64,000 bases of DNA, taken from a virus. A program made the position numbers and the translations under genes. Position 1 is the first letter of the stretch; the number at the start of each line of letters is the position of its first letter. Shown here piece after piece: positions 36,568-45,924 of the stretch. The stretch lies in the IMG/VR virus record IMGVR_UViG_3300004184_000006, positions 8,993-72,992 of that record, one strand, 5' to 3'. Under the pieces are notes generated by a model, which ran no database searches, had not been told where the DNA came from, and saw nothing but the letters and a program-made list of their open reading frames with translations.

Positions 36568-38076
36568 TTATGCGACATCGGCAAACAAGTCACCGACCTT
36601 TGTCATTAATGACTCGACCTGTGATCCTTTCCCGCTTACTTCGCTTTGTATATATGCAACGCCCTCAAGAAAAAGTTGTGCTATCGCATCCCAACTATCA
36701 GGACTAGATAGTCCCTGCCTTCTCATTTCTTCTTTACTTTCTATTCTGTACCTAGCCCTTTCATCAAAATGATACGGGATGCGTGACGCTTGGTCTAAAA
36801 TCTCTTTGCGACACGGCACATCTGCGGCAATGCCTAAACGCCCCTCTTTAGCCGCCCGTGAAGCGCAAACAATAGCTTGACTTCTTAAGTTAAAAAAACG
36901 CTCTCTATTGTTATTCTGAAAACACGGCTTACCCCAATAAACCCGCTTAATATCTGGTAGCCCAAGTGTCTCTAATTGCTGACAAACAGCAACCCCCATG
37001 CCGCCAGCATCAACGATAGTGGTGCAATTTTCTAATTCAGCGGTTGCCCTAAAAATATCTCCCGTTAAATCCTGAATGTTTCGCGTGTTTGACCATATCG
37101 GCACTGAAATAATCTGTACACGCCGTGCATCCGAGCCTGTATCACCATAACCAGACACTAACGCGACAATCGCTACCGATTTATCACGGTATTCACCCGC
37201 CCCAACGTCCACCGACATAATCACGCCGTAAGCATCCGATTCACGCATGACGTTACGCCCAAAACACGCCTCAATCTCTTTTCTGCCTAACAGGTTGCCA
37301 TCTGTTTTATCGGGGAACTGCCCTAATACCTTAATGGTGTACTCAATTTCAGTATATTCGAGCTTCTTTTCACGGCAAAAATCCAAAGATACCCGTGGGG
37401 ATTCCTCTGAACTCATCACAAAGGTATTCCATGCCCCACCCTCTTTTTTACTTAATGAGTGATGGGTATCGTAAAAATACCCGCTTGATTTAGTTGGCTG
37501 ACTGGTTAATAACATACGGTTTCGTTTATCAGTCAACGCGCCCGTTAGCACCTTATAATGCTCATCTGGAATACCCGATGCTTCATCTGCAATAAGTAAA
37601 TACCAATCCCTGTGTTGCCCTGCTAAATTCTCACTGCTACCACGCGGCGCGGTCTTAGCAAAGATGAACCATGTTGCCTTGAATCCAATAACATAAACTC
37701 GTTCTGCTTCAATAACAAAATACTGACATACCCACGCATGGGGAGTTTTTTCAACGTGGTTCTTAATGTCGTTTATTTCTTTCCAAGCAATATTGCGCAC
37801 CTGTTCTATTTTAGGTGCTGTTAGCATGGTATTTGAACCGTGATAGCACAATAAATGCCATAACGCCGCAACCGCTATTAATCTGGATTTACCTATACCA
37901 TGCCCTGAACTAACCGAAGTACGAGAGCCAACAGGGACTACAGAATTATTCAAATCATATTGTTGCGGCGTAGGTATTGTTCCGCATACTTCAATTGAAA
38001 AGGCGTTTAGGTTATTAGCATACCTTTTTACAAATTCAATATAACGAATATCACTAAGGATTGTTTTTACTGCCAT
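36568..38076 (-). CDS. terL: Terminase large subunit (P1 PacB-like)
   Basis: TSVSSGHGIGKS Walker A, LIADEASG Walker B, LTSQPT, SVDVGAG nuclease Asp, SPDSWDA. Confidence 0.92.
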   Translation of the reverse strand: MAVKTILSDIRYIEFVKRYANNLNAFSIEVCGTIPTPQQYDLNNSVVPVGSRTSVSSGHGIGKSRLIAVAALWHLLCYHGSNTMLTAPKIEQVRNIAWKEINDIKNHVEKTPHAWVCQYFVIEAERVYVIGFKATWFIFAKTAPRGSSENLAGQHRDWYLLIADEASGIPDEHYKVLTGALTDKRNRMLLTSQPTKSSGYFYDTHHSLSKKEGGAWNTFVMSSEESPRVSLDFCREKKLEYTEIEYTIKVLGQFPDKTDGNLLGRKEIEACFGRNVMRESDAYGVIMSVDVGAGEYRDKSVAIVALVSGYGDTGSDARRVQIISVPIWSNTRNIQDLTGDIFRATAELENCTTIVDAGGMGVAVCQQLETLGLPDIKRVYWGKPCFQNNNRERFFNLRSQAIVCASRAAKEGRLGIAADVPCRKEILDQASRIPYHFDERARYRIESKEEMRRQGLSSPDSWDAIAQLFLEGVAYIQSEVSGKGSQVESLMTKVGDLFADVA

Positions 38077-38078
38077 AT

Positions 38079-38678
38079 TTAATTAATCCATTCACCACTT
38101 TTTAATTGCGCCAATCGCTCAGGTAATTCATCGCGTTGTTGTTGTATTTTTTCAAGCCCTTCTTGTAGTATTAAATCCAATTCATCTAGCGAAACAACCA
38201 TATCAACATCTCCCGATACCTCAACAGTTTGCGCTGGTCTTCCAAAGCCGCGATCCAGTAATTCTTTACCTGCTTGTATTCTTTCGCTTATGCGTGGAGG
38301 CTCATCTGATTCTACTGTGCAATTTAAAACTGACACGAAAAAATCTATAACATCATCACCATATTGCGCGGCATACTCTTTCATTGAACGCGTTAGCTTG
38401 TTGGGAGAACCAGCAGGTCTACCCATACTCACAGGTACTATTTTTTTTGGATTTCCGCTAATTGACTCCTTATTATCCCCTGTGCGTTCGTGTGCGTTTT
38501 TCGCTGGTTCTGTGCGTTTTTTTTCGCTTTTCTTTACCCATCCTTCTTTAGTTGAACGGCGAGATACGGTAGTATGGGAAACGCCTAAAAACCTTCCTAT
38601 CGATACATAATCTTCCTTGCTAGACCCCTCCCATTTTTCCCTTGCTTTTGCCCACTCATCGCTTGATAATTTTGCCAT
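38079..38678 (-). CDS. terS: Terminase small subunit
   Basis: N-terminal HTH (IGRFLGVSHTTVSRRSTKEGW), GRPAGSPNKLT, ELLDRGFGRPAQ; directly upstream of terL. Confidence 0.75.
   Translation of the reverse strand: MAKLSSDEWAKAREKWEGSSKEDYVSIGRFLGVSHTTVSRRSTKEGWVKKSEKKRTEPAKNAHERTGDNKESISGNPKKIVPVSMGRPAGSPNKLTRSMKEYAAQYGDDVIDFFVSVLNCTVESDEPPRISERIQAGKELLDRGFGRPAQTVEVSGDVDMVVSLDELDLILQEGLEKIQQQRDELPERLAQLKSGEWIN
38481..38518. repeat. Three phased TGTGCGTT octamers inside terS, candidate pac-region sites
   Basis: Copies start at 38481, 38491 and 38511. Confidence 0.45.
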
Positions 38679-39355
38679 TAAATTACCCCAAATTCATGAA
38701 GCCGTCTCTTTGCTAAAATATAGGCATTACTAGCCAGTTCTGGAGTTTCAAAATAACCTAAATGCTTTAGTTTTTTATCTATCCCTATAACGGCTTGAAA
38801 TTTATTATGACTTTTTTTAAAGCTAACACCAAGAAAGCCAGTTTTATTATTTTTAGCGCATCTTCTTTGGTTTTGCTGATTCTCAGCATGATTCGCTAAT
38901 CTCAAATTAACCATCCTATTATCGTCTGTAATTCCGTTAATATGATCTATTTGTTTGTCAGGCATAACGCCATGAATATAAAACCATGCCAATCTATGTG
39001 CAAAATATTGTCCATAATATATTCCAATAACTAAATAACCTTTTCTATTAGACGATGCTACTTTACCGCAATATTTTGAGTTCCATGTATTAAATCCTCT
39101 TTCACTTGCAAAATGATGTAAAGGTCTTTTTTTCCAAATAAAAATACCTGTATCTTTGTTATAATCTATACATTCCTTTAGATAATCATGTGTTATTTCA
39201 ATTACCTTTTCTTTTCTTACAATTTTTTTTCTATTTGCGGATATTTTTTCCTTATTTTTTATTCTATATTCCGCATTTTTGGCAGATATTTTTTCTTTGT
39301 TGGCAATTCGATATTCTTTTTTTGCTATAGCCTTTTCTTCTTTTGTCTTAGCCAC
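38678..39355 (-). CDS. HNH endonuclease with C-terminal AP2-like domain
   Basis: AHRLAWFY...IDHINGITDDNRMVNLRLA...N; TGFLGVSF...HLGYFETPELA; GTG start after AGGAGG. Confidence 0.88.
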   Translation of the reverse strand: MAKTKEEKAIAKKEYRIANKEKISAKNAEYRIKNKEKISANRKKIVRKEKVIEITHDYLKECIDYNKDTGIFIWKKRPLHHFASERGFNTWNSKYCGKVASSNRKGYLVIGIYYGQYFAHRLAWFYIHGVMPDKQIDHINGITDDNRMVNLRLANHAENQQNQRRCAKNNKTGFLGVSFKKSHNKFQAVIGIDKKLKHLGYFETPELASNAYILAKRRLHEFGVI

Positions 39356-39878
39356 GCTTCCTCCTTTCAAGGATGCTCATATCAATCTGCTTGGCTTTTA
39401 ATGGCGCACGGCTTTTTGTTTCCCTGCTATGAAACCTGTAAAACATTGGGTTAGTCTCCCAGTCAACACGAGCAGTTGAAATAAGGTTGATAGGGGTTGA
39501 TTCTGTGGCCTGCCTAGCATAAAGCAACGCAGATTCTAAGTAATGAAAGCAACCGCTTTGAGCGAATAACAGAATATGTCTTGCTGACTTATATGCACTG
39601 GTATCTTTGCTTTGAAACGCATCGTTATACCTGCCCATAATTTCATCAATTAGGCTTGCCTTGGCGGTTTTTTGTAAGTGATATTTTGAGACATCCTTAA
39701 TAGCTCTCTCAATGCTGTAGACAGCCTCTTTATAGTCCTGATTAGCTGATTTAAGTCTGCCATCAATTCCGCCGCACGTTAGCTTCTTAAATGCTTCCGC
39801 CAAACAAAATGGCAGGCTGAATACATTGCTGACACCAAACGGATCGTACTCGCCAAGTTTAGAATAAGGACTGCTCAT
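39348..39878 (-). CDS. Hypothetical protein
   Basis: 176 aa, coupled to both neighbours. Confidence 0.6.
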   Translation of the reverse strand: MSSPYSKLGEYDPFGVSNVFSLPFCLAEAFKKLTCGGIDGRLKSANQDYKEAVYSIERAIKDVSKYHLQKTAKASLIDEIMGRYNDAFQSKDTSAYKSARHILLFAQSGCFHYLESALLYARQATESTPINLISTARVDWETNPMFYRFHSRETKSRAPLKAKQIDMSILERRKRG

Positions 39879-40774
39879 TAATTACCCCCATCTATTTTAA
39901 AAATATCAACATTAACGCCTGTTGATTTCTTTGCAACATCACGAAAACAATTAAATCGTCTTAATTGAGAATTAATTGATCCTGACTCCATCGCAAAATC
40001 ATCAACAACCCTTACTAGAGATGCTCCAGATTTAATATCATTGTCAAAATCTGGATTTATATCCCTTACCTTATCCAATGATGATTTTATAACACTGGCA
40101 TATTTAATTAATTCATTTGCAACAGTGCCAATAGTTATTATTTTACCATGAATAACCCGCATGACATTCATTTGCTCAATAGTATTATGCTCTAATTGGT
40201 CATATATCCATGCGCCAATCTGTCTATCGTTTTTAATATCAATATCTGTTTCAAAGTCATCTGATAATCCAAGCAAATAATCGGCTGCTACTTTGTATAT
40301 GGTTGCCGCGCCTCTGATAATCTTAATGTCTGGAATAAGTCCGTCGGTACAATGCTCAAACTGACAGAGTTTTTTTTGGCTAATTCCCAGTAATTTAGCC
40401 GCCTTACCCTGGCTCATACTGCATAACTCCTCGCGGGCTTTTTTCATTCTATAACCAATAATTACCAGCGAATCCTTACTTACAGTGTCGCCATCCTTGC
40501 CCTTTTTTAATTCAAGAATCTTTGCTTTTCGCTTTGCTAAATCCAGTGTTGGAAGGAACGCCTCATAATCGCTTGCAGAGCATCTTATTAAAAATCCCGA
40601 TATTTCTGAGATGGTTATCTCACTGTTAGATATACCCACTTTTTTATCTTCTTTTTTAAGATATTTTGATTTTCTATCGGCTCTAAATTTATCAACAGCA
40701 TACCCAATCTTTCCGCTGCTGCTTTCAATAAAATAACCTTGTGATTCTACAATTGTAATGCTTGACTCTGCCAT
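39878..40774 (-). CDS. XRE-type HTH protein, candidate late transcription regulator
   Basis: IGYRMKKAREELCSMSQGKAAKLLGISQKKLCQFE...AADYLLGL. Confidence 0.7.
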   Translation of the reverse strand: MAESSITIVESQGYFIESSSGKIGYAVDKFRADRKSKYLKKEDKKVGISNSEITISEISGFLIRCSASDYEAFLPTLDLAKRKAKILELKKGKDGDTVSKDSLVIIGYRMKKAREELCSMSQGKAAKLLGISQKKLCQFEHCTDGLIPDIKIIRGAATIYKVAADYLLGLSDDFETDIDIKNDRQIGAWIYDQLEHNTIEQMNVMRVIHGKIITIGTVANELIKYASVIKSSLDKVRDINPDFDNDIKSGASLVRVVDDFAMESGSINSQLRRFNCFRDVAKKSTGVNVDIFKIDGGN

Positions 40775-40954
40775 TATTTTAACCCTCTTGATTATTATTG
40801 ATTTTTTCTAATGTTTTATCTAAATCCAATCTATCTTGATACTTTATTTTTAATATCTCAATTAAGCTATCAATAGTATCTTCGTGATCTCCGATGATAA
40901 AACCGCTATCACCTTCCTTTAGGTGGTAGCGGATATTTACAGAAAACGAACTCA

Positions 40955-41197
40955 CTACAAGGCCTCAAAATCGCTGTTTAAGGCGTTTTCTTTATCAGTC
41001 GGTGCATTGAGCTTATCCAGATAGCTTTTAATCGCCTGAGCGTCGTATTGTGCCTCCATAGCATCAAAAAACTCATCGACCGCATCATCTAGTGCAATAC
41101 TGGCTTGCTGAACCCCTTTTTTATCAACAACTGCATTATTAAAATTTTCTTGAGCGATATTCAGCGCATTACGCGCTTTTTCTACTCTATCGGTCAT
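40955..41197 (-). CDS. Hypothetical protein
   Basis: 80 aa, ATGA coupling. Confidence 0.55.
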   Translation of the reverse strand: MTDRVEKARNALNIAQENFNNAVVDKKGVQQASIALDDAVDEFFDAMEAQYDAQAIKSYLDKLNAPTDKENALNSDFEAL

Positions 41198-41727
41198 GCT
41201 TCACCTCGATTAATCATGCTGTCCCTTATGTGAGTCCTGCAATTCGCCGCACTTTCGCCAATCCATTTATCGGCATTCCTTAACGCTATGCCTTTGTGAA
41301 AAAATAAGTATTTCCCCTTGGCCTTGACGTTTAGCATCTCACCCTGTGCCGAAAAGTATTCATGCGGGCATAGCTCTGACAACATGCACTTGTAATTTCC
41401 ATCCACCCCGTACCACTCGCAAAAATAGTTATTCAGCTCTTTCGCCGCGTAAATATCACGACCATCCGCGCCGTATCTGCTGATAAATTCACTGGGATCG
41501 GCAATCAGCTCATCAAAAAATCGTCTCACTATGTGCTTAAAATCAGCATACCTATCACTCGCCCCATCTTCTGTTTTCTTGATGTTTCGGCGACGTATAG
41601 CCTGATGGTCTGATGGTTGCCATAAAAGCCACCAGTTACGACGACCAATCACGCCAAGCAGATGCTCGACAGTACCCGAATAAATAACCCCAACATTGGG
41701 GCGTTCTGATTGATACGTTTCTATCAT
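41194..41727 (-). CDS. Hypothetical protein
   Basis: 177 aa, ATGA coupling. Confidence 0.6.
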   Translation of the reverse strand: MIETYQSERPNVGVIYSGTVEHLLGVIGRRNWWLLWQPSDHQAIRRRNIKKTEDGASDRYADFKHIVRRFFDELIADPSEFISRYGADGRDIYAAKELNNYFCEWYGVDGNYKCMLSELCPHEYFSAQGEMLNVKAKGKYLFFHKGIALRNADKWIGESAANCRTHIRDSMINRGEA

Positions 41728-41930
41728 GCTACCTCCACGCTCATTACTTCCTCGTAAACCTGCATCTCTAATTTGTGCTTAATCGCACCATTCAGCCTTT
41801 CAAAAGCCATTTGCACAGAGTCCCATTCGCTAAAAGTCACATTGATTTTGTGCTTGTGGGCATACGCCATGATTTGACGTAGCGTTGGGGCAGGATGTTC
41901 TTTTGGGTGGTTTACAGTAATCGTACTCAT
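41724..41930 (-). CDS. Hypothetical protein
   Basis: 68 aa, ATGA coupling. Confidence 0.55.
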   Translation of the reverse strand: MSTITVNHPKEHPAPTLRQIMAYAHKHKINVTFSEWDSVQMAFERLNGAIKHKLEMQVYEEVMSVEVA

Positions 41931-42826
41931 TGCTTAACTACCTCGATTTGTTGTTTTGCATTAGCCAGAATATCCCGTTTATGAGCCTGTGTTTCTCTAT
42001 TACGAGCCATAATGTCCTGTTTTATTTCTTCCTTTGTTGCTACAATTTCCTTAGACGGGCAATCATTCACTAGCCCTAAATCAGCTTTAAGTTCTGACAA
42101 CACAGACAATCCTAGTCCGCTTGTTTGCTTCAACGGCTTGGCAATGGCTTTTTGCTCCTCGTAGTGTTCTGGCAAAAACTCATCCCAGCCGCTTTGCACT
42201 AAATGTTCATAAATTGGTCTCACCATCTCTACGCATTGCTTGGTTGATGAAGTCTTGAACAGAAAAGAATCAAAGCCTTCTGACTTGGCAACTGCAAACA
42301 CCATCGGGTGTTGATAGCGACTTGCAATACCGCCTTGTCTTGGCACTGAGTTAGCAAGGATGTTTACTATTTGCTCAACAGGGAGTGCGTCAGACTGAGT
42401 GGCACATATTTTTCTAAATTCAGGTAATGATGGCGGCCATTCATAGGCTTTTAAAATCAGCACATCAAAACCGTGCTTAATATGCCCAACTGTCATTCCA
42501 GCTAATCCAGCTTGCCAAGTTTTTGCTGCATCGGTTAAAAATCCGTTTTCATCCACTGCCTGCCCTAAGTGCGAATGCCATTTATGCCCGTAAATTGATA
42601 ACATTCGTTTCCAGACATGCGCTATGATCTTGTCGCTGGGCGGTTGAGTCGATGTACTCTCGCCGCTCACTGGCTTCGATTCGTTCAATGCCTCGCTGTG
42701 CTTCATCGACGAGTGAAGGTTTTCTACCAGTGACAGGATAGGTTTCATTGTTTCGATTTTTTGTGGCATAATTCTCACCGTTATTTTTTGAATTGATTTT
42801 TGAGCCTCGATTGGTGTTCGCTGCAC
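41927..42826 (-). CDS. Replication protein P-like helicase loader (true start probably near 42600-42700)
   Basis: VWKRMLSIYGHKWHS...WQAGLAGMT...WPPSLPEFRKIC; follows the initiator. Confidence 0.65.
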   Translation of the reverse strand: MQRTPIEAQKSIQKITVRIMPQKIETMKPILSLVENLHSSMKHSEALNESKPVSGESTSTQPPSDKIIAHVWKRMLSIYGHKWHSHLGQAVDENGFLTDAAKTWQAGLAGMTVGHIKHGFDVLILKAYEWPPSLPEFRKICATQSDALPVEQIVNILANSVPRQGGIASRYQHPMVFAVAKSEGFDSFLFKTSSTKQCVEMVRPIYEHLVQSGWDEFLPEHYEEQKAIAKPLKQTSGLGLSVLSELKADLGLVNDCPSKEIVATKEEIKQDIMARNRETQAHKRDILANAKQQIEVVKQ

Positions 42827-43538
42827 TATCGGGGCTTTTTTGTGCCTGTAGTTTTTTGTTTCTGCTTACCCAGATTTTTACAGTGGCTTTCCAGCTTTTC
42901 ATTTTGTTTTTAGCAACCATCCAGCCATTCGACTCGTAGTAATTCATGAAGTCACCCGCGTCTATGTGTGATTCAAGACCCTCGGTCACGATGAACTCAA
43001 TAACCTCTGTCAGAGTTGGCGGCTTAAAAATTTCACGCTTAGGTTTTTCAATTTTCTCTTGCGGCGATTTATCGCCTATCTCTTGATTTTTAATATCTGT
43101 ATTTGTATCTGTATTTGTATCTGTTTCTTTATGGTTACAATTCCGTTGTAACGTTTCGATAACGTCCGTTGTAACGTTCGCTATAACGTCCGTTACTTTT
43201 TCCCTGTTTTTCCATCTTGCCTCGGCTGATTTCTTGCCAGCGTCGGATGCTTTGGTTGATTTTTCTCTAACTTTTTCTAAATCAGCCTCAATTCTTTTGT
43301 GAAACCACATTCCGTTATCGTCTACGTTAAAGAAGTGTTGTAACGTTTCGATAACGTCCGCATAACGTTCGTTACTTATTCGCGTGATTGCCTTAATGTG
43401 TTTTTGGTTAATCGGCTTCCCTGTTTGCCAATAATTCATGATTAAAAGCAGGTACGCACCATGCTCATCAGTCTCTAAGTGCATGGTGTCCGACAGGTAA
43501 TCAGCAACATAGAGCTGGATGTATGGTAAAGCGGCCAT
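42582..43538 (-). CDS. DUF1376/YdaU-family replication initiator
   Basis: LPYIQLYVADYLSDTMHL...EHGAYLLLIMNYWQTGKP...HKRIEADL; internal iterons; FMNYYESNGW C-domain. Confidence 0.85.
   Translation of the reverse strand: MAALPYIQLYVADYLSDTMHLETDEHGAYLLLIMNYWQTGKPINQKHIKAITRISNERYADVIETLQHFFNVDDNGMWFHKRIEADLEKVREKSTKASDAGKKSAEARWKNREKVTDVIANVTTDVIETLQRNCNHKETDTNTDTNTDIKNQEIGDKSPQEKIEKPKREIFKPPTLTEVIEFIVTEGLESHIDAGDFMNYYESNGWMVAKNKMKSWKATVKIWVSRNKKLQAQKSPDSAANTNRGSKINSKNNGENYATKNRNNETYPVTGRKPSLVDEAQRGIERIEASERREYIDSTAQRQDHSACLETNVINLRA
43085..43376. repeat. Replication origin: iterons plus AT-rich tract inside the initiator gene
   Basis: TAACGT at 43149, 43160, 43172, 43184 and 43341, 43352, 43363; exact 24-bp repeat at 43145-43168 and 43337-43360; AT-rich ATCTGTATTTGT repeats adjacent. 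Confidence 0.75.
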
Positions 43539-43717
43539 AATTACCCCCAAACCGCATTAGGATTAACGCGGCATTTTGATTTGTGTGTTGCGCTAAACCT
43601 TGTGTCATTGCATCTAGGGCAAATTCTCATCCCGACCGATACATGACCGACGCCAATAGCCTCTCTTTTCGCTATTGCCATGTGGTTTCCCATTTGTGCA
43701 ACCCTTTTTTTAGTCAT

Positions 43718-43960
43718 TTAGTCACCCACTACAAAGGAATACTTGCCATTAAATTTCTTGCACTTACGCGGGGCTTCGTCACTCAATGGGCGACCACCAA
43801 GCTCATAGTTAAAAAACGCCGAATTGATGACGATTGACTCTCTTTGGGCTAGTTTTTCATCCCATACGGAACAGGTCCCGTTATCGCCAAAATCGTCATA
43901 ATGCCCATTGCTGGAAAAGCTCTGGCACTGCCCGCAGGTTACTTCTGCCAATTCGCTCAT
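43718..43960 (-). CDS. Small Cys-rich hypothetical protein
   Basis: VTCGQCQSF...GTC...PRKCKKF. Confidence 0.55.
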   Translation of the reverse strand: MSELAEVTCGQCQSFSSNGHYDDFGDNGTCSVWDEKLAQRESIVINSAFFNYELGGRPLSDEAPRKCKKFNGKYSFVVGD

Positions 43961-44097
43961 ACCGCACCACCAAAAACATCATCCAGCGTGGTGTTAGCTC
44001 CTTTTTCAATTTCGTCTGCCAAGTATAAAATCGGTACGATGACGGCGAAAATGAACAGCGATAGCGACCAAATGCCTAACTTCATTAATGGATTCAT
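43957..44097 (-). CDS. 46-aa membrane peptide (below ORF-track cutoff)
   Basis: MNPLMKLGIWSLSLFIFAVIVPILYLADE...; ATGA overlaps at both ends. Confidence 0.5.
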   Translation of the reverse strand: MNPLMKLGIWSLSLFIFAVIVPILYLADEIEKGANTTLDDVFGGAV

Positions 44098-44288
44098 ATT
44101 GCCGCCTTATTTCTTGCCAATTTGCGCAGACGTTTTTCTTCTGCCTTGGCGTTAAGTTCTTTGTTTTTTGTTTTTGATGGTCTTGGCGGCTGTCTTTTAT
44201 AAAAGACGGTCCCGCGCATGATTGGCGTAGCAAAGACTGACCTCATTAATGCCATGTGCAGCCCTATTGCTTTTCTGTCGATTTTCAT
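44094..44288 (-). CDS. Small basic hypothetical protein
   Basis: GAGG RBS; Arg/Lys-rich AKAEEKRLRKLARNKAA. Confidence 0.55.
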   Translation of the reverse strand: MKIDRKAIGLHMALMRSVFATPIMRGTVFYKRQPPRPSKTKNKELNAKAEEKRLRKLARNKAAI

Positions 44289-44430
44289 TTCAACACCTCA
44301 GTTTTCAGTAATTTCATAACAGCGATTAACGCCCTCTTCTTTGCTTTTTCGATAAGTAGCCGTGCGATTACTACTTGAATTTCGATTCCTATCGGGAGGT
44401 ACGGCATTCTTCTATTAGTCAAGTGCATGG

Positions 44431-44670
44431 TTAATCCTTGATTCCAAGTGCGATTAATACCGCCATTATGCGTTCTGAGTTTTCACCACGCTCCAGGTCG
44501 AGTTCACGATATAAACGCCCTAGGTGAGCCTCTACTGTGTTTTCACTGATATTCAAATCACGCGCGATACCTTTGTTTGATTTGCCCATACAAACAGCAA
44601 CCCAAACATCTATAACGCGCGGCGTAAGTCGCTTGTATGACTTCAAAATATCTTCTTCGATTACTGCCAT
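44431..44670 (-). CDS. Stand-alone LuxR/GerE-type HTH regulator at the cII position
   Basis: LTPRVIDVWVAVCMGKSNKGIARDLNISENTVEAHLGRLYREL. Confidence 0.85.
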   Translation of the reverse strand: MAVIEEDILKSYKRLTPRVIDVWVAVCMGKSNKGIARDLNISENTVEAHLGRLYRELDLERGENSERIMAVLIALGIKD

Positions 44671-44761
44671 TGTCTTGCTCCTCTTTGGGGTTTCCCGTTA
44701 ATGAATATTGCGTAACGGTTAAGTGGAATTGTTGGTTTTTGTAAAACGCCTAGAATATTTG

Positions 44762-44998
44762 CTAAGCGTTTAGAGAATTTATTTTTGGACGCAATGATTC
44801 TTTAGCTACTAAGCCGTTACATGATTTTTCTAAGGATTCTGCGTAGTTGGTTTCACCAGTGTATTCAGTTCTAGGGGGTTTTCCGTTCTTATGCCATTTC
44901 ATTACAGCCTTGCCAGACACGCCACAGGCTCTACCTATAGCGTCATAGCTTCCAAGGATGTCCTTAACTTTCGTTAGGTTTTCTGAGTATGTGTTCAT
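44762..44998 (-). CDS. cro: Cro-like repressor
   Basis: GSYDAIGRACGVSGKAVMKW...PRTEYTGETNYA; divergent from cI. Confidence 0.8.
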   Translation of the reverse strand: MNTYSENLTKVKDILGSYDAIGRACGVSGKAVMKWHKNGKPPRTEYTGETNYAESLEKSCNGLVAKESLRPKINSLNA

Positions 44999-45030
44999 GA
45001 ATAAATCCGATTTAATAAAAAACAGTGCAA

Positions 45031-45106
45031 ATATTAGAACCAATAGTTACCTTTTGTCAAGAACTGATTATTACCATGCTTTAGCGTAAACTGAACCAAT
45101 GGTTAC
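45031..45106. promoter_or_regulatory. OR region: PR (TTGACA-N18-TAATAT, minus strand), PRM-like -10 TAAACT, three operators
   Basis: GAACCAATAGTTAC 45037, GAACTGATTATTAC 45061, GAACCAATGGTTAC 45093. Confidence 0.8.
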
Positions 45107-45797
45107 TGATAATGAAAAACAAGCGTTTTCTAAACGATTAAACGCAATACTCGATAAAGCAGGAGTCCCGCCAAAAGGAAAGGGACGACAGCTTGAGCTT
45201 GGAAAAATGTTCGGGGTATCTGATAAAGGTGCTAGAAAGTGGATAGAAGCCGAAGCAATACCAGCCATGACAAAGCTGACTGAGATAGTCGCTAGGTTTA
45301 AAGATACTGGCGTTACTATCGAATGGTTATTGACTGGAAATGACGCTTATTCGCCAAATCAGACTTTTGAAATAGCTCCAAGACTAGCGATTGCAAAGAG
45401 AATACCTATAGTCGGAACGGCTAAACTGGGTGATAACGGATATTTTGTGGAACTGGAAACACCAACAGGATTTGGCGATGGATTTATCGAACACGCAACA
45501 CGCGATGAAAACGCCTATGCGGTCCGTTGTGTCGGTGATTCGATGAAACCAAGGATTAGAAACGGTGAATTCGTGATCGTCTCACCGAATCAACAACCGA
45601 TTAGTGGCGATGATGTGTTGATTCGGGATAAATCAGGTCGGGTGATGGTGAAAACACTGCTTTATATTCGTGATGACAAAGTTCATTTGCTGTCGATTAA
45701 TGAGGCGCATCCACCACAATACATTGAGTTGTCGCAGGTTGAAATTATGCACTATGTCACTGCGATTGCCCCAAAGACCGCGTTTATTCGTGAGTAA
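45099..45797 (+). CDS. cI: CI-like repressor (HTH + S24 autopeptidase)
   Basis: FSKRL...LGKMFGVSDKGARKW...IEWLLTG; VRCVGDSMKP, VMVKTL, LLSIN. Confidence 0.92.
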   Translation: MVTDNEKQAFSKRLNAILDKAGVPPKGKGRQLELGKMFGVSDKGARKWIEAEAIPAMTKLTEIVARFKDTGVTIEWLLTGNDAYSPNQTFEIAPRLAIAKRIPIVGTAKLGDNGYFVELETPTGFGDGFIEHATRDENAYAVRCVGDSMKPRIRNGEFVIVSPNQQPISGDDVLIRDKSGRVMVKTLLYIRDDKVHLLSINEAHPPQYIELSQVEIMHYVTAIAPKTAFIRE

Positions 45798-45924
45798 TAT
45801 TAGAAAACTGCATGATTAGACTGGCTCGAATTGTTAGCGTATTGGGAAAAGCGGGCGAATAATTGACAGCATGGCTATTTGCAGCCAAACTAACTTCTTT
45901 TAAACTCAGCTAACTGGCAACACT

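Noticed and set aside
45037-45106. Host LexA (SOS) boxes
   Set aside because: GAAC-N6-TTAC matches neither CTGT-N8-ACAG nor GAAC-N4-GTTC, and the 3+3 layout around PR/PL fits CI operators
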